DNA of 64,000 nucleotides from Rotaria socialis (Eukaryota). Where the stretch lies: contig CAJNYD010000077.1 of assembly GCA_905331295.1 (NCBI GenBank), positions 1-64,000 on the forward strand, written 5' to 3'. The notes beneath the pieces were generated by a model that made no database searches, was not told the origin of the DNA, and was given only the letters and a program-made list of their open reading frames with translations. This document shows, piece after piece, positions 1 through 12,650 of the stretch; within the stretch, counting starts at the first letter, position 1; each line of letters begins with the position of its first letter. Position numbers and translations under genes: made by a program.

Positions 1-588
1 GACGATGATGATAATAACGATGCATATTCACCAAAAAGAAAAAAGAAAAGATCCGAACAGTACCAATCGTCAAAATCAAAACAAATAAAATTAATGAACG
101 AAGCGATAGGTTACGGTCAAAATGGTTGCGTCTATAAATGTTTATACAATAATACAGAATATGCCACAAAAATATGCGACACAACTAAAAATACAAATAT
201 GATGATGCAACTAAACAATGAAAAGGAATTGTATAATCACTTGAAAATATTGCAAGGTACTTACGTGCCAAATAGAATAGTATCCGGATTTTAAAAAAAA
301 TTAAATTGGTTTTATATTGTATGTTATGAAATTAGTGGAGTAAGCAAAAGTTTCGAGCAATATTCCAACGACGAGAAAGCGATGGCTTTAAAAACATTAG
401 ATCAATTACACAAGCAAAATGTGTTACATAATGATATACGGCCTGAAAATTTTCTGATTAATTACGACAATCATCAACATAAACGAATCATGCTGTGCGA
501 TTTTGGTAATTCAATGATTCTTAATGAGAGTGATAACGGACATAAAAAATTGTTGAAAAAAGGAAAAAGGGAATTGAAGAAAATATAA
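1..588 (+). pseudogene. Intronless minimal protein kinase, 5'-truncated by the window, with one in-frame TAA at 292-294
   Basis: ORFs 94-294 and 382-588 share frame 1, which is otherwise open from base 1. Motifs: IGYGQNGCVY (G-loop), YATK, HNDIRPENFLI (catalytic loop), DFG. No splice is needed across the stop. Confidence 0.75.
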
Positions 589-2254
589 AATTATACAAAA
601 TGAATATATTTTGGACTAGAACTTTATTTTGATGTAAATATTGTATTTATTAAACATTAGAAAAAATAAATAAAATGTATCGAATTAATTTTTTAGTTCA
701 ATTAATTAGAAATGAAACTATCTAGATCTTGAATAAAATTTTATCATTTCATCACCTTTTCCACATTCAGTTTTTCATTTTCATTTTTCGATCATTATTT
801 TTGAATTTTTCATCATGCTATCTTAAACAATGTCGAATGAGTTTTGTTTTTAACAAGTTCATTCAGAAGTAAGGTCGTAATCTAACTGAAAATGTCTCTT
901 GACGTGAATGCCAAGAGGCTAGGGAGATCCTGATACCAATTTTAGTAGAAAATATTTGAAAGAAAATTATAATGTAATTCATTTGCGTGATGAACTCATC
1001 TCGAACAATCTCTGTTATAATATTCTTGTAGATCAGACGAAATATTATGACAATTATACTAAAACTCTTTGAGACTAAAGCCTTCGAGTAAACTTTACTA
1101 TATATTATTCTTCCAAGAGTTTATTGGTGCATCAAACTCCCTACAGAGTTGCAGTCATATATTATGAAACAACAAAGTATTGCAAGAATCTAATAATTAG
1201 ACTTCATGTAATAGACTTCATAGAGATGAAAGTTTTACATACAGTTAACATCTCATCTTAGAACGTCGTAGAAAATCACAGATACAGACTTGTATGATCT
1301 CATATTCTAATTGTTTAACTTGGGTACATTTGCATAGGATTGAAAGTGGGTGTCTTGAAAAAATATGAAGTCTAAAATATAGAATAGATATGATTATCAT
1401 AGTATTTTATACGAAACTTAGTCAGTTACTTTTTTCATCAGTAGATTGTTTTTTGGGCTTCTTATACTCAATCAAAATTTCTCTAAAATTCTATTCTAAC
1501 TTAATCGTATATTATTAATTTAACTCCTAGGTGTGTTTCGTTAATGATTCATCTAGAACGATGAAAGTTGTGTTGATAACATCTATTTGCCAGGCAAACA
1601 CTATTCTGCTCTTTGATTGATAGTAACCAATCAAAAAATATAAATTATGATGCTGCCGTACAATGACGTGATTAACAATGAATGATAGTCACATTTATAC
1701 CTTCTAATACCTATCTCGCATCAATAAACAGAGCAGATTGTCTGCACATTTCAAAATAGAAAGGGCCCATTTATATCTACCATTGTTAAAAATGTAATTG
1801 ATTTTTCGTTTACCTAGAGTTGAACCATATGAAAATGCCGGCTATTACAGAATTTTTACTAACAGACTTGATGATTTCGCATTTTACTAAGAAAATGTGC
1901 GACACAAAAGTACTATTTAAATGTGATAATTGTTTATTTTTAAACACATTTGAGAATACTAGTTCGTTGCTATGTGTTTATATGTCGCATAAATCTGAAA
2001 GTCGTTAAGAGTATATTAACTATTGTAAAACAAATATATATAAATTCATTAAGAAATCGTTCAATTATATATCAATTACAATTATAAATATCATTTAGGC
2101 ATCGAAACATAAAATATTTGAATATCACTTATAATAATAAAAGCATGAGTTTGACCGAAATCATACTTACGAGGTAAGTTCCCTGAGTGTGTCTCTTGGA
2201 TTTTAACCAAAAGTAAATGGATGTGTGTCAGGTCAAATATTGGTATCTCAAATA

Positions 2255-2437
2255 TAAACAAATTAGTGGCTGAGAGCAAACAAATAAAAAAATTTCAGTG
2301 AACAAATTTTCTAATACTCGAAAAGGAACTACCAGTACTTTGCCATCAAAAAACTTCGTCCGTGGTACTCGTCAGGGTATTACGAAATCTGTTCACTGAA
2401 TTTTTTATTCGTTTCCTCTCAGCCGCTAATTTGTTTA
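2255..2437. mobile_element. Palindromic MITE-like inverted repeat
   Basis: taaacaaattagtggctgagagcaaacaaataaaaaaatttcagtgaaca is imperfectly reverse-complementary to tgttcactgaattttttattcgtttcctctcagccgctaatttgttta. It ends just before the N at 2449. Confidence 0.65.
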
Positions 2438-2449
2438 CAACCGCGCCCN

Positions 2450-3149
2450 CATTTTGTCATACATATATTCAATTCAATCATAATAAAACAATGCTTACTC
2501 AAAGTGAACCTTCTCGATTTATATTTACACTAACTGTTGCACGCTTTTTTCGAAACTGTATTTTTGTTGCTTTTTGCCACACTTTATCAGTTGCGGTTGT
2601 GTTTGAGCAAAAGAAAAAAATCTTCATATGTCATAGTACTATTAAATCTGATTTTTAATTCAGCAGCTATCGTTTCATTCACCGTCAAATTGCGACTGCC
2701 TGTCCATGCGCTTTTTCTTTGACTAAGAACGCCTTCCACAAATGCATTCGAGCAAGGAATTGAGTATAGATAAGAAGTAATTTTGTACATTTCAATACAC
2801 ATTGGTTTCGACTTTACAAGAAGAAAAGCCCAAAATTGATTATACCGAAATTCCACGTCTCTTTCATGGTTTTCGGTCGTCGGTTTGTGAATGAGATTAT
2901 CTTCATCATGGGACTCGTTGCATATGTCATTGTTGAATTCTTCATAAACATGACCATTAGCAGCCAACCAATATAATTGACGCTTCACATCTTTATCAAT
3001 AGTAAATGTCGAATAAAGAGACAGAAATTTTCTTAGTTTCAACCAAAATATGGATGATAGCAGTCGTAACATTGAAAAATGCAGATGGGGTACAAAATGC
3101 GTACCTCAGAGGTACAAAAGGCTCAAATGGGGTACGGCTGGCAACCCTG
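2450..3149 (-). mobile_element. Internally deleted hAT transposon with transposase C-terminal dimerisation-domain fragment (2587-3072)
   Basis: YLYSIPCSNAFVEGVLSQRKSAWTGSRNLT resembles the hAT C-terminal motif (SIPxSxAxxERxFS...RN.L). A hAT-type terminus CAGGGTTGCCA lies on the minus strand at 3149-3139 with short GGTAC subterminal repeats. The other end is not visible before the N at 2449. Confidence 0.8.
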
Positions 3150-3479
3150 GAATAGACTAAAACTAAAGTTGTATCTTTTTCCTGTTAAATTTGAAGAGAA
3201 ATGAACGTTTAAAATGAAAATTTAGATGTTTTGATGATAATATGTTGTTCAACTCCAGTTGTATTCTCACTACACTAACTACCAGAAAAGATAGTTTAAT
3301 CGCATAAAAGTATAGATAGATCAGTACGAACATAGCTCGAAGCAGCGATAAGTAAAATCAGCTTTCAAAATATAAAACTATATAATTAAGTTAAAAAGAA
3401 TTAAAAGGTGTATACTAAATTCGAAACAGAAAAAGAAGAAGAATTCCAGAGAGCTGGAAAATTCTATGGAAAATACTTT

Positions 3480-3720
3480 TTACGAATTGTCCGAGAAAAT
3501 GATTCCGTTAGATGTTGGAATTCGGCATCCAACATTTCCAAATGAGAACGGCAAAGAACGAATTCCGAAAAGATGAAAAATTGTTTTTGAGAAAAAGACA
3601 ATTTTCTCGAACAGTTGAACGCGTTCTCTACCATTCCTTTTTGAAACGGTTTCCACTTTTTAAAAAAATGTCTTTTTCTAAAAAAACGTTTTCTCTGAAA
3701 TTGGAACGCGTTCTACACTG
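3480..3720. mobile_element. DNA transposon end remnant
   Basis: Repeated gaacgcgttct motifs ending in ...ttctacactg (CAGTG terminus on minus strand). No matching left TIR or TSD found. Confidence 0.35.
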
Positions 3721-5003
3721 TTTTTTTTTCTATGATTATTTTTCACTGATATGCTATTCAATTCTATCTATTAATCAATAAATACTTTATTCATAGTAAA
3801 ATAGCATATGTTGAACCGTTTTACGATGTCAGTTAACCTATCATTTTCTTTGAAAAATTCCGTTCATTTTTTTTCTGTCTCTTGAGAGATGATAGAAATA
3901 AAATATGTCGACTACATAATGAAGACATATCTTATGATACTGTCTTTACTCAGGAAGTCATTTCAGACAAGTATGTCAAGTTTGTGGAAACTATGACAAG
4001 AAGAATCTACTCATGTTTTGTTACGTTCGTTTTTTTTTTTCATTAACTGTTATGAAGCTTCTCATTTTCTTTCTGAATTTATGATGATTGCATCAAAAAT
4101 AAAAAATTCAGTATTACAGTCAATATAAACGTTACTCTGAGAGTATAGAGCAATCTCTCAGTTTCAACTGATACTTTTTTTTCAATTAAATTTCAAACTT
4201 TCGATCTAAATAAATTAATAATAACGTGAATAAAATATTCTTTATTTTTAATCTAAAACTGAATATCTAATTCGTATTTTTCATGTATTCTTTGCGGTAA
4301 ATCTTTATTACTATGTCAAGAGAAGTATATTAAAAGAGCTAAGATATTTATTTTCATAGATAGCATGTTTTTATATTATTCGTGTTTGATAGCTAATGTT
4401 CAAAACAAATTTACAATCTTATACGATTAGTTGACTTTCTTAGTGTCTGCTATTTCTTCTTTATTGCGGAGAAAATGTAGTATGTGAGTGAGAAACAGCA
4501 AGTAAATCTATTAATATTATATTCCATCAAGACACCATGTTTTTACTGTGTCGATGAAACATAGTTCATACAGAAAATTTATTTTAGACTATAGACAACT
4601 TGAATGAAGATCAAATTTTATAACATGATTTTCTAACAAAGAGAAAAGAAGTAGTAACGCCTAGTTCATACTCTATTTCGATAGAAATAAATCACAAATA
4701 CTGTTTGATAAGTTCCATCATAGTTCAATTAGTTCTATTCCAATGTATTGCTTACATGTTTCAAGATTAATTTGTTTAAAAAAATCGATAGTTCAAGTAA
4801 AACTTTTTTCCACTGATTCATAAATATCCGCAATCATTTTTTTGTAGCTTTTATTTATAATTAATTACTGTTTCTTTTTTTTTTATATATGCAGCAATAT
4901 AAAACTGATAAAATTTACTAATATCGAATTAATTTTTAGAAAAATCCAAACAAATATCACCGTTTTTCTTCTATAATAACAGATCAAATCTAATCCATAT
5001 AAT

Positions 5004-5540
5004 ATGAAAAACTTTCTGTTGACATTTATTCTATTATCAGCGATAATTTCAATTCATGGAACATTATTCGATTCCTTTCATTGTAAAGCAGCCACTTGCC
5101 ATGAATTTTATTATGTAAGTTACTGTTTTGTTTTAGTTCGAAAGTAAAAAAAATACGTAGTTTTACATAATTCTAGGGCTTAAAGAATTTCCCCAATCAA
5201 AAACACTATGTTAATGTATGTTATAATACTGTACGGTCTATTGAAAATATATCAAAGAGGTATGACAAATGTTTTGATGAAAGAACAGCAAAATTTAATC
5301 CACCATGTATTTGTAAGTGAAAATTGGAATAAGAACAGATCAGAAAGAAGATATTTATTTTTTCCATCGATAGATGCATTAGCAACAACGATGAAAAGGT
5401 GTATAATTGGATTGAGCGGTGTACCAGAATATTATGCACGATACCATTGTGGTTATAGGCTTATGCAAAATTGTGCTAAAAATATTGGTCTTGAACGATT
5501 TCCATATAACATCGAATATCAACGACTTGATGATGCTTAA
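5004..5540 (+). CDS. Small secreted cysteine-rich protein, 137 aa; exons 5004-5114, 5177-5312, 5374-5540
   Basis: Signal-peptide-like MKNFLLTFILLSAIISIHG. Two GTAAGT...AG introns (62 and 61 nt) splice in frame to 414 nt. 8 Cys. Confidence 0.8.
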
Positions 5541-6764
5541 ATCTAAAGAAAATCAACAAGAACACTTCGTTTGTTCTTTGTCATAGTTTTGTTTCTTTTC
5601 CACATCCTAGTACCGTAGAACAGATCTACATTTGAAAAACAAAGAAGAAAAACAATAATTGAGTTTATTTTCCAAACATTACTACAGCTGAACCATATAG
5701 ACACACATGTTTTCTATACAAATTAATAGAAAAAGGTTATGTATCGATAAAAGTTAACAAGTAGCCTTTTCTTCAATGTTTGCAAGTTAATATCACGTTG
5801 ATGATATTCTATGAACGTTTTAAATTAATTATTGAATTTTCTTTCCATGATAAAAAGAAAAATCACGAATAATTTTAGTAAGAAATAAACTAAATAAAAG
5901 TTAGAAATCTATTAGTTTTGTTATCATTCATCATATCATATCCTCTCATGTACTTTTATCTTCTGTAATGAATTATTCATATTTTACAAATGAAACATAC
6001 TGAAAAACAAAACGAGAACAGTGTGACAATGTCTTTAGATATGGATCATATTTGAAATAAAATGTTCAATACATTCCTTCTGGAAAACTGAAAACCTTAG
6101 CTGTACAAGAAAACATTCAGCACTTGACTAGCTCTGTTTAATTCCTTATCTGACACATGCGTAGGTGATTACTAGGATAGTTTTAACTTCTAGTTGATGT
6201 TTGGTCATTTTCAGATTTACGGAAAAAATGCATTTAGCAAACTTCTCCGGTAGTGTATCATTATTCGAAAATAAATCGATAATTGAAAGTTTCAACTTGA
6301 AATTTTACACATGTATATTCTTTCATTCGTTTTGAATATTCGATTGTTCATATGTTAATTTCTCAAATTACAGTTTAGCATACAATTATACTGACTCATC
6401 TATATTTCAGTAACTAGAAAAGTAAATCTAATAAAATTCTCTTCATAAAAGTGTCTAATAGAGAAGTTGATGTGAACGATACTTTGATTGAAATCTGCAT
6501 AATATTATTTATTTTTAGAAATTGAAATATTGCTGAATGAATCCACAAAAAATTCATAATATCAGGAAAAACTAAAAATGAGTTAGAATCCTATGGAAAT
6601 TGCACTACTTAGATGATATCAGAAGTATAGGAAAAACATACGAACAAGTGAAGTGTGTCACCTGAGAGCTCTCTCCTTGTTAAGACATCCAATCGATTAT
6701 AAATACATAGTTATCTATCGATTGCAGAACATAAGGAAACTTCAAGTTCGAAATGAATAGTTAA

Positions 6765-8001
6765 GAGAGGGTCCGTGGAACCCACTTAGCAACTTTACTA
6801 GGAGTCGGCCGCCGGTAAAATTTTGACTTTCGGTTTAACTATCTAAAATCGACGGTCTAGTAAAACCATAAGTGAATCCAAAATATTAGATCTTTCTGAT
6901 GTGCCAGAGAAAAATGCCAGCGTTTGCAAGTTATACGCCATTTACATTTGGTAGCAAAATGAAGTTTTTAGGGTGTCCTTAGTATTTTATATTTTTCTCA
7001 GCTTCTACTCATTTGTTTGACTTCTGGAACATCTCAAAAGGTAGAGAAATCTTTTTTCTAAAAAATGTAGTGATTGGTTTATTTATCCAGCGCCATATAT
7101 CAATAGATAATTCTAATATACAGACAAAATTACGTTTGGTTAAAATGTGGACTTTTCAGTATTTCGACTATAGCCACGTCGAATCATGCCATCCCAAAAT
7201 AGTTCATATATTTTCTGAAAGCCCTTGGAATTCTGCATCTTCTATGGTATTGCTTATTTAGATAAGAGTTGGGCGAAAATAGCTACTCGATACCACAAAT
7301 ATTGACATTGGATAGTTTTCTGTGTTCAATCAGATTCAAGATCAGTTGAGTATATTCTGTATGATTGTTTAAATCGAAAATATGATTTCCGATTCTTGAT
7401 CAGCACGAAAAGTTGATCACAAAAATATCATTTATTTGATTACGAAGTTATTTCAGGTAAAAACCACCTACAGCGTAGCAACAATTTGAAGAGTTTTTTG
7501 GAAGAATTTCTGGTATGTCTATCTAATCGATAAGTCCGAAATCTAAAAAGAAGAATTTTGTTTTGTTTAGAATCTCTGAACACTTAGCTTGAAAATTTGC
7601 TATTTACTTTTCTCGGATTGTATTTTATTGTTGAGCTAATTATACTTATCTCGGTGTTGTCGAAAATTCATATAAATCCGTTAAAATTGCTATTATTTAT
7701 GGGTGCTTCTATCGTCAACGGTTATCCTGATAACAAAATGATTTACATATTTAGAATCAGCGTATGAAACTACGTATAATCGAGTAGTTTTTTAGAAAAA
7801 AACTAATTTCTTCAAAAAACTACCCTGGGGAGGGTTACAGGCGAAATTTTCGGAAAAAAGCCTTGAGGGGGGACCTCAGGGTCGTTTTTTGAAGAAATTA
7901 GTTTTTCTCTAAAAACTACTCGATTATACGTAGTTTCATACGCTGATTCTAAANCGGCCGACTCCTAGTAAAGTTGCTAAGTGGGTTCCACGGACCCTCT
8001 C
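6765..8001. mobile_element. Non-autonomous Kolobok-like DNA transposon
   Basis: Perfect 47-bp TIRs (6765-6811, 7955-8001, starting gagagggtccgtggaacccacttagc). TTAA on both flanks and GA...TC (RR...YY) termini. No transposase ORF. N at 7954. Confidence 0.8.
7750..7953. repeat. Long internal palindrome (~75-bp arms)
   Basis: tttagaatcagcgtatgaaactacgtataatcgagtagtttt... is mirrored by ...aaaactactcgattatacgtagtttcatacgctgattctaaa. Confidence 0.85.
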
Positions 8002-9367
8002 TTAAATACTACAGAATCATTTTAATCTTTTTAATAATCTCACATCGAACAGATTCATTTATCTTGGTGTGCTACTAGATTTAAATGTTAGTTATGGACA
8101 CTTACTTTTGAGGCAATGCGTTCTAATTTAACTCTCAGAAATCATTGCACACGCTCAAATTATCCACGGTCTATTATATACAATGATGGAGTGATCCTCG
8201 AGTCCTTGTTTAGATAATCCTTCAATGAAATACGAATTATATGATCGGTTTTTCTCGATGAGAAATCGAGAAATCAAATAGTAGGCATGTAGTTTCATAA
8301 AATTATGCTTCTTGAACATATTTTTCAAGACAATAAAGCTTAAATGTAAAAAGTCCATATGCTTGACTGCATTCTTTCTGAAACCAAACCGTCTGTTTCT
8401 TCGTATTACCTGTACTGATAGAGTTTCATTATACTGGAAATATTCTTCTGTAAATAATCAATAACGCCATGTGCTCAACCGTATTGGTGTGCATCATATG
8501 ACATGATCTACAAACCGTGTCAAACACATAGACCTTTTTTTTGAAGCATCTGATAAATTTTCTTATATATTTAATATAAAACTCTTATCCACTATAGCAG
8601 AAGTTGTCAATCAGATAAAATCTAGGTAAACATAATCATTGTTAGTGAAATGCGAAAACCCGTGCACTAGAGAGAATTTTATAACTGTCCAGGTTCTGGA
8701 GGTACGCTAAATCTAATGCCTGGATTTGACTGCCATTGACTGCAGTTGTGTTTGGATTTTATAAAAATCTGGATTTATACCCTCATTATTCACCAAATCG
8801 TGTCAAATCCATACCAGTGGCTGAAGTTATATTCGGTGCATCCATTCCAGGTTCGAGAAATTAGCGACATAATTGATCTGAATTGGCTGGCATCGATGCT
8901 ATTATTTTGTCATACTTCACAAGTGTTTTAAATGATGAAAACAATAGGAAAAACAATGCTTATTCGATAGACAATAAAGATAATTAGAGAAGCGGACTGA
9001 TAGTGAACCATAAAAATATACATATTTGATAAATCAAGAGAAAACGATGAATTTTGCAAAAGAACACTCACGAGTCAGTATTCAACGATCATACTTTCAT
9101 AATTAACGCTTCATTTCTTTTCGATTAATATTTAATCTCATCATCAATCTGTAGTTCAATCCATTGTTAGTAACATATTTCGATTGTTCTGAAAATATCT
9201 TCTGAATATATTTCCCGTTTTTATTTTTTTTTTATAAAACTCATTTTGACTTCTTTATATTTATTCCTAATACATAATAACGTGTACTTAATCTAACTTT
9301 TTTGAAGTTGATAAAAAAAAACCAACATGCTAACGAAAGTAATACAAAAGTGAAAACGAGACAAAAA

Positions 9368-10174
9368 TCATTGTTGTTTCTTGGTATTCGTTTTTATTTT
9401 ATTCGCTTCTTTTGTGTAAAGTTCGGCAAGACCAAACTCATCAATTAAGTAATCAGCTGTTAATAAACGTTGTGAATCTAAGACTCGTCCTTTAATATCA
9501 ATTTGTGGTCGTCGTTTCACTTCTTTTCCATCTTGAAATAAAACAACAGATGGTAATTGCTTGGAAAATGTTGATGTATCTATTTTAAATTTCGTTGCTT
9601 CAGTTGGATATCGATTAACATCAAATTTAACAAATTTAAATGTTTTTAAATCGCCAAAACGTGTTGATAAATCAACAAAAACGCTTGAAAAATTTTGACA
9701 TGGAGGAGACCATGGAGCATAAAAACAAACAAGCCACATTAAGCGAGGATCAGCACGAATTTCATTATCTAAATTATTTGCACGATAATGAAATATATTT
9801 GTTTTTCCCGATGGTTCAGGTGGAGGGAAAAAAAGAAAATGAAGTAGGCATACAATGATATAGAATATCAATAAAACATAGGAATCTTCACGATAGAATA
9901 AAAGGCAATTAGCCATTTTTGAGTATTTACAAACATTATCAATGTAATGTAACCATGTTAATGCTTTTCGTCCACGGATTGTTATTATTGTTGCTAAAAG
10001 TAATAGAACTTGAGTATCTTGTGTTGTTATTGCATCGTTCAAGAAAATATATGCACTTAAAGATCCAGGAAGCAATTGTTTCAGTAGAAGATAACTAACA
10101 GATAAGATTATATTGATTGAATAATGAGGATGAATAAGAATACGAAGATTAGATAATGATATTGGTGCAGGCAT
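9368..10174 (-). CDS. TMX2: Thioredoxin-related transmembrane protein 2, single coding exon
   Basis: 268-aa ORF with hydrophobic N-terminal segments, WLVCFYAPWSPPC (SxxC), KFVKFDVNRYP, SKQLPSVVLFQDGKEVKRRP and a C-terminal KKxx ER-retrieval motif (KKQQ). Confidence 0.92.
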   Translation of the reverse strand: MPAPISLSNLRILIHPHYSINIILSVSYLLLKQLLPGSLSAYIFLNDAITTQDTQVLLLLATIITIRGRKALTWLHYIDNVCKYSKMANCLLFYREDSYVLLIFYIIVCLLHFLFFPPPEPSGKTNIFHYRANNLDNEIRADPRLMWLVCFYAPWSPPCQNFSSVFVDLSTRFGDLKTFKFVKFDVNRYPTEATKFKIDTSTFSKQLPSVVLFQDGKEVKRRPQIDIKGRVLDSQRLLTADYLIDEFGLAELYTKEANKIKTNTKKQQ

Positions 10175-12650
10175 CTGAAATGGTTCAAATATTTTTTATG
10201 CGAATATACAATTTGAATGAATAAATGTTTTGTTTAGTAATTTATTAGAATTTTAGCAATTCAGTAAAAAATAATTAAGATTTTTACTATTTCTCAGAAA
10301 ATTTCTTTGTGTTTTACATGAATCCAAACAATTGATCTAAACAAAAAGATAATTATATGCGATACTTTTGCAAAGCAAAAAAACAGAGAAGAATTCAAAC
10401 AAGATAAGTTTAACAATTATTTTCATTATTATAGTTGTATTTCTTCATAAAAGTCAGAAGATATCAATTTTGTTTGAAAACTAAATTGTACTTATCAAAG
10501 ATTTTATCTTCGAACTTAAAATTAGATTAGGTCTCTACTATTCATTTATGGTCTGGAACGACATAAAGCGTTTAGATTAGTTAAGATAAAATGTCACAAT
10601 TTTGCACGAATAGTTTCCATTCACAAAACTATTCTGTTCTATTGATTGAAAAAAATTTCGTCTGCTTTATGATTGTATTCATTCGTAAGTAAAACCTGTT
10701 TGCCATGTTGAATGCCTAGATTTTAAAAAGCGACTTATTTTTCTCGAATATCAATACATTATTGCATTACAATTGTATTTTAATTTAATCGTTTCATTTC
10801 GGAAAGCAATACGATACAGTTAACATGATGAATAAACTCATTTCTGTTACACCATTTTGTTTTGTTCACGACGAGCTATAATATTTATATGTTTAAATAG
10901 CCAATTAAGTATTTATTTACCTTGGCATTCATCAGACGCAATATTTGAATACTATTTTCTTCGAAATTCTAGTCTAAGGTGAATACCATTTGTCTCCAAC
11001 AATAATGGAAGCCAAATATCAGCACGGTACATCAATATTGTGAAAATTTTCCATTAAAATTCAACTATGAGATTCATTAACAATGTTCCATTGATTTAAA
11101 TCATCTTTTAATTAGTGGAACTTCTTATTTTATCACTTATTCTATAAAATTTTGCACTTAATTGACGTTCAAGTATATTTCTATACTGTCTGTCTTCGAC
11201 AATCATAATCAAACCTAGAAATTCTAGAGAGAAAAAAACAAATGATGCGCAATATCAATATAAATATTGGCATAGAACATCAAGCAATCATTTACGTAAA
11301 TGAAACAAGTAAAAAAAAATTGCCATTATTGTATGACCATTTTAACCAATCATCTTACAGAATAGTACAAGCAAGAGAGGGCTTTTATACTGTAATAAAA
11401 CATGTTGTATGATAGATGAGTTTTTTTCAAGGTTAAATAAAAACAAAATTCAGTTCGGATACACATAGTAGAATTGGTGATAAAACAAAAAGTTTAGACT
11501 GATTAAAATATCCTAAATAACTGTATTGTACGGTATTAACATTTGAATAATAGATTCCATATAAATAAAAAGTGATAGTACTAATTAATTGAATTCTTGG
11601 TTTTATTCTGTTATTTTTTACTTGGATATCAGTGTATTTTATGTTTGTTTCCGTTTCAATTCATTCTCATATACATATGTTAAATTGATTTTAAAGCGAG
11701 AATCATTGAAAATCATAATTCACAACAAGCAAATACAAAACAAGATAAATCATGTGGATATGAGATTGAAAACAACTGGTCTCTATTTTGTCTATTCAAA
11801 AACTTGAGTTGAATTTCATTATTGCGTAAACAGCTATCTACCATTTTCGAATAAATATGGAATAGATAATTAGTAAAAGCTTGAAACACTACCACAAGAA
11901 ATTCACCGTCAAAAATGTTTGTTCATTTTTTTCCCGATGGAACCATAATACAATCGAATTAAACAACAAAAAGTAATTATACTTTAAATATTATCTCTAA
12001 ACTAGTAAGAATTTACAGATCAACATAAATTAGTTCAATGCTCTTTTCTTTTTTTTCTACAAGAAACGTATTCAGATAAGCTAAATTTCAATTGAAACTA
12101 CATGCGAACACTTTTATTTGTTGTAATCAACTGAACTTCAATTAAAGTGAAGCATAACATAATATAAGTTTAATTATCTAACATCAATTGGTCTGTTAAT
12201 CTCATATCGGCAAAAGTTGTAAGAATTTGTTTTATTGCAACATGGATATCTATAGCAAACGCTGTCAAAGTCTATTCATTTCGAATTCTTCCTCTGCTAT
12301 GGATTAAAGATTCAAGTCATCGTTTTTCATTTAATATCATTTTTTTTTCTATAACATAAATTCTATTTGTCGAAACTATTCAGATGAAGTACAAAGTTCA
12401 TGATTCGATAGAAGTCATCATATTAATATAATATAAATCATAAAACGATGCCCAAGTATTATTACAGCGATGATTTAATAGAAAGAAAATATGAATAATA
12501 AATGCCTTCTCTTTCTTCTTGATTAAGATCGTGCTTTTTTTTTTCTTTTACAAGATATTACTCCATCACTTCTACAATCACACACTCAGATCAAGAAAAA
12601 ATAATCCAATAATGTTTAATTGAAGAAAAAGATATTGAAAAATCAGTTAA

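Noticed and set aside
292..294. Stop-codon reassignment (TAA read as sense)
   Set aside because: Other genes in the window end in TAA and show no internal stops, so this is a lesion or sequencing error.
5208..5373. 5' half of ORF 5208-5540
   Set aside because: Wrong frame plus intron; only 5374-5540 is coding in that frame.
8680..8860. ggatttgac / gtcaaatcc inverted motif
   Set aside because: Too short, with no defined termini or TSD.
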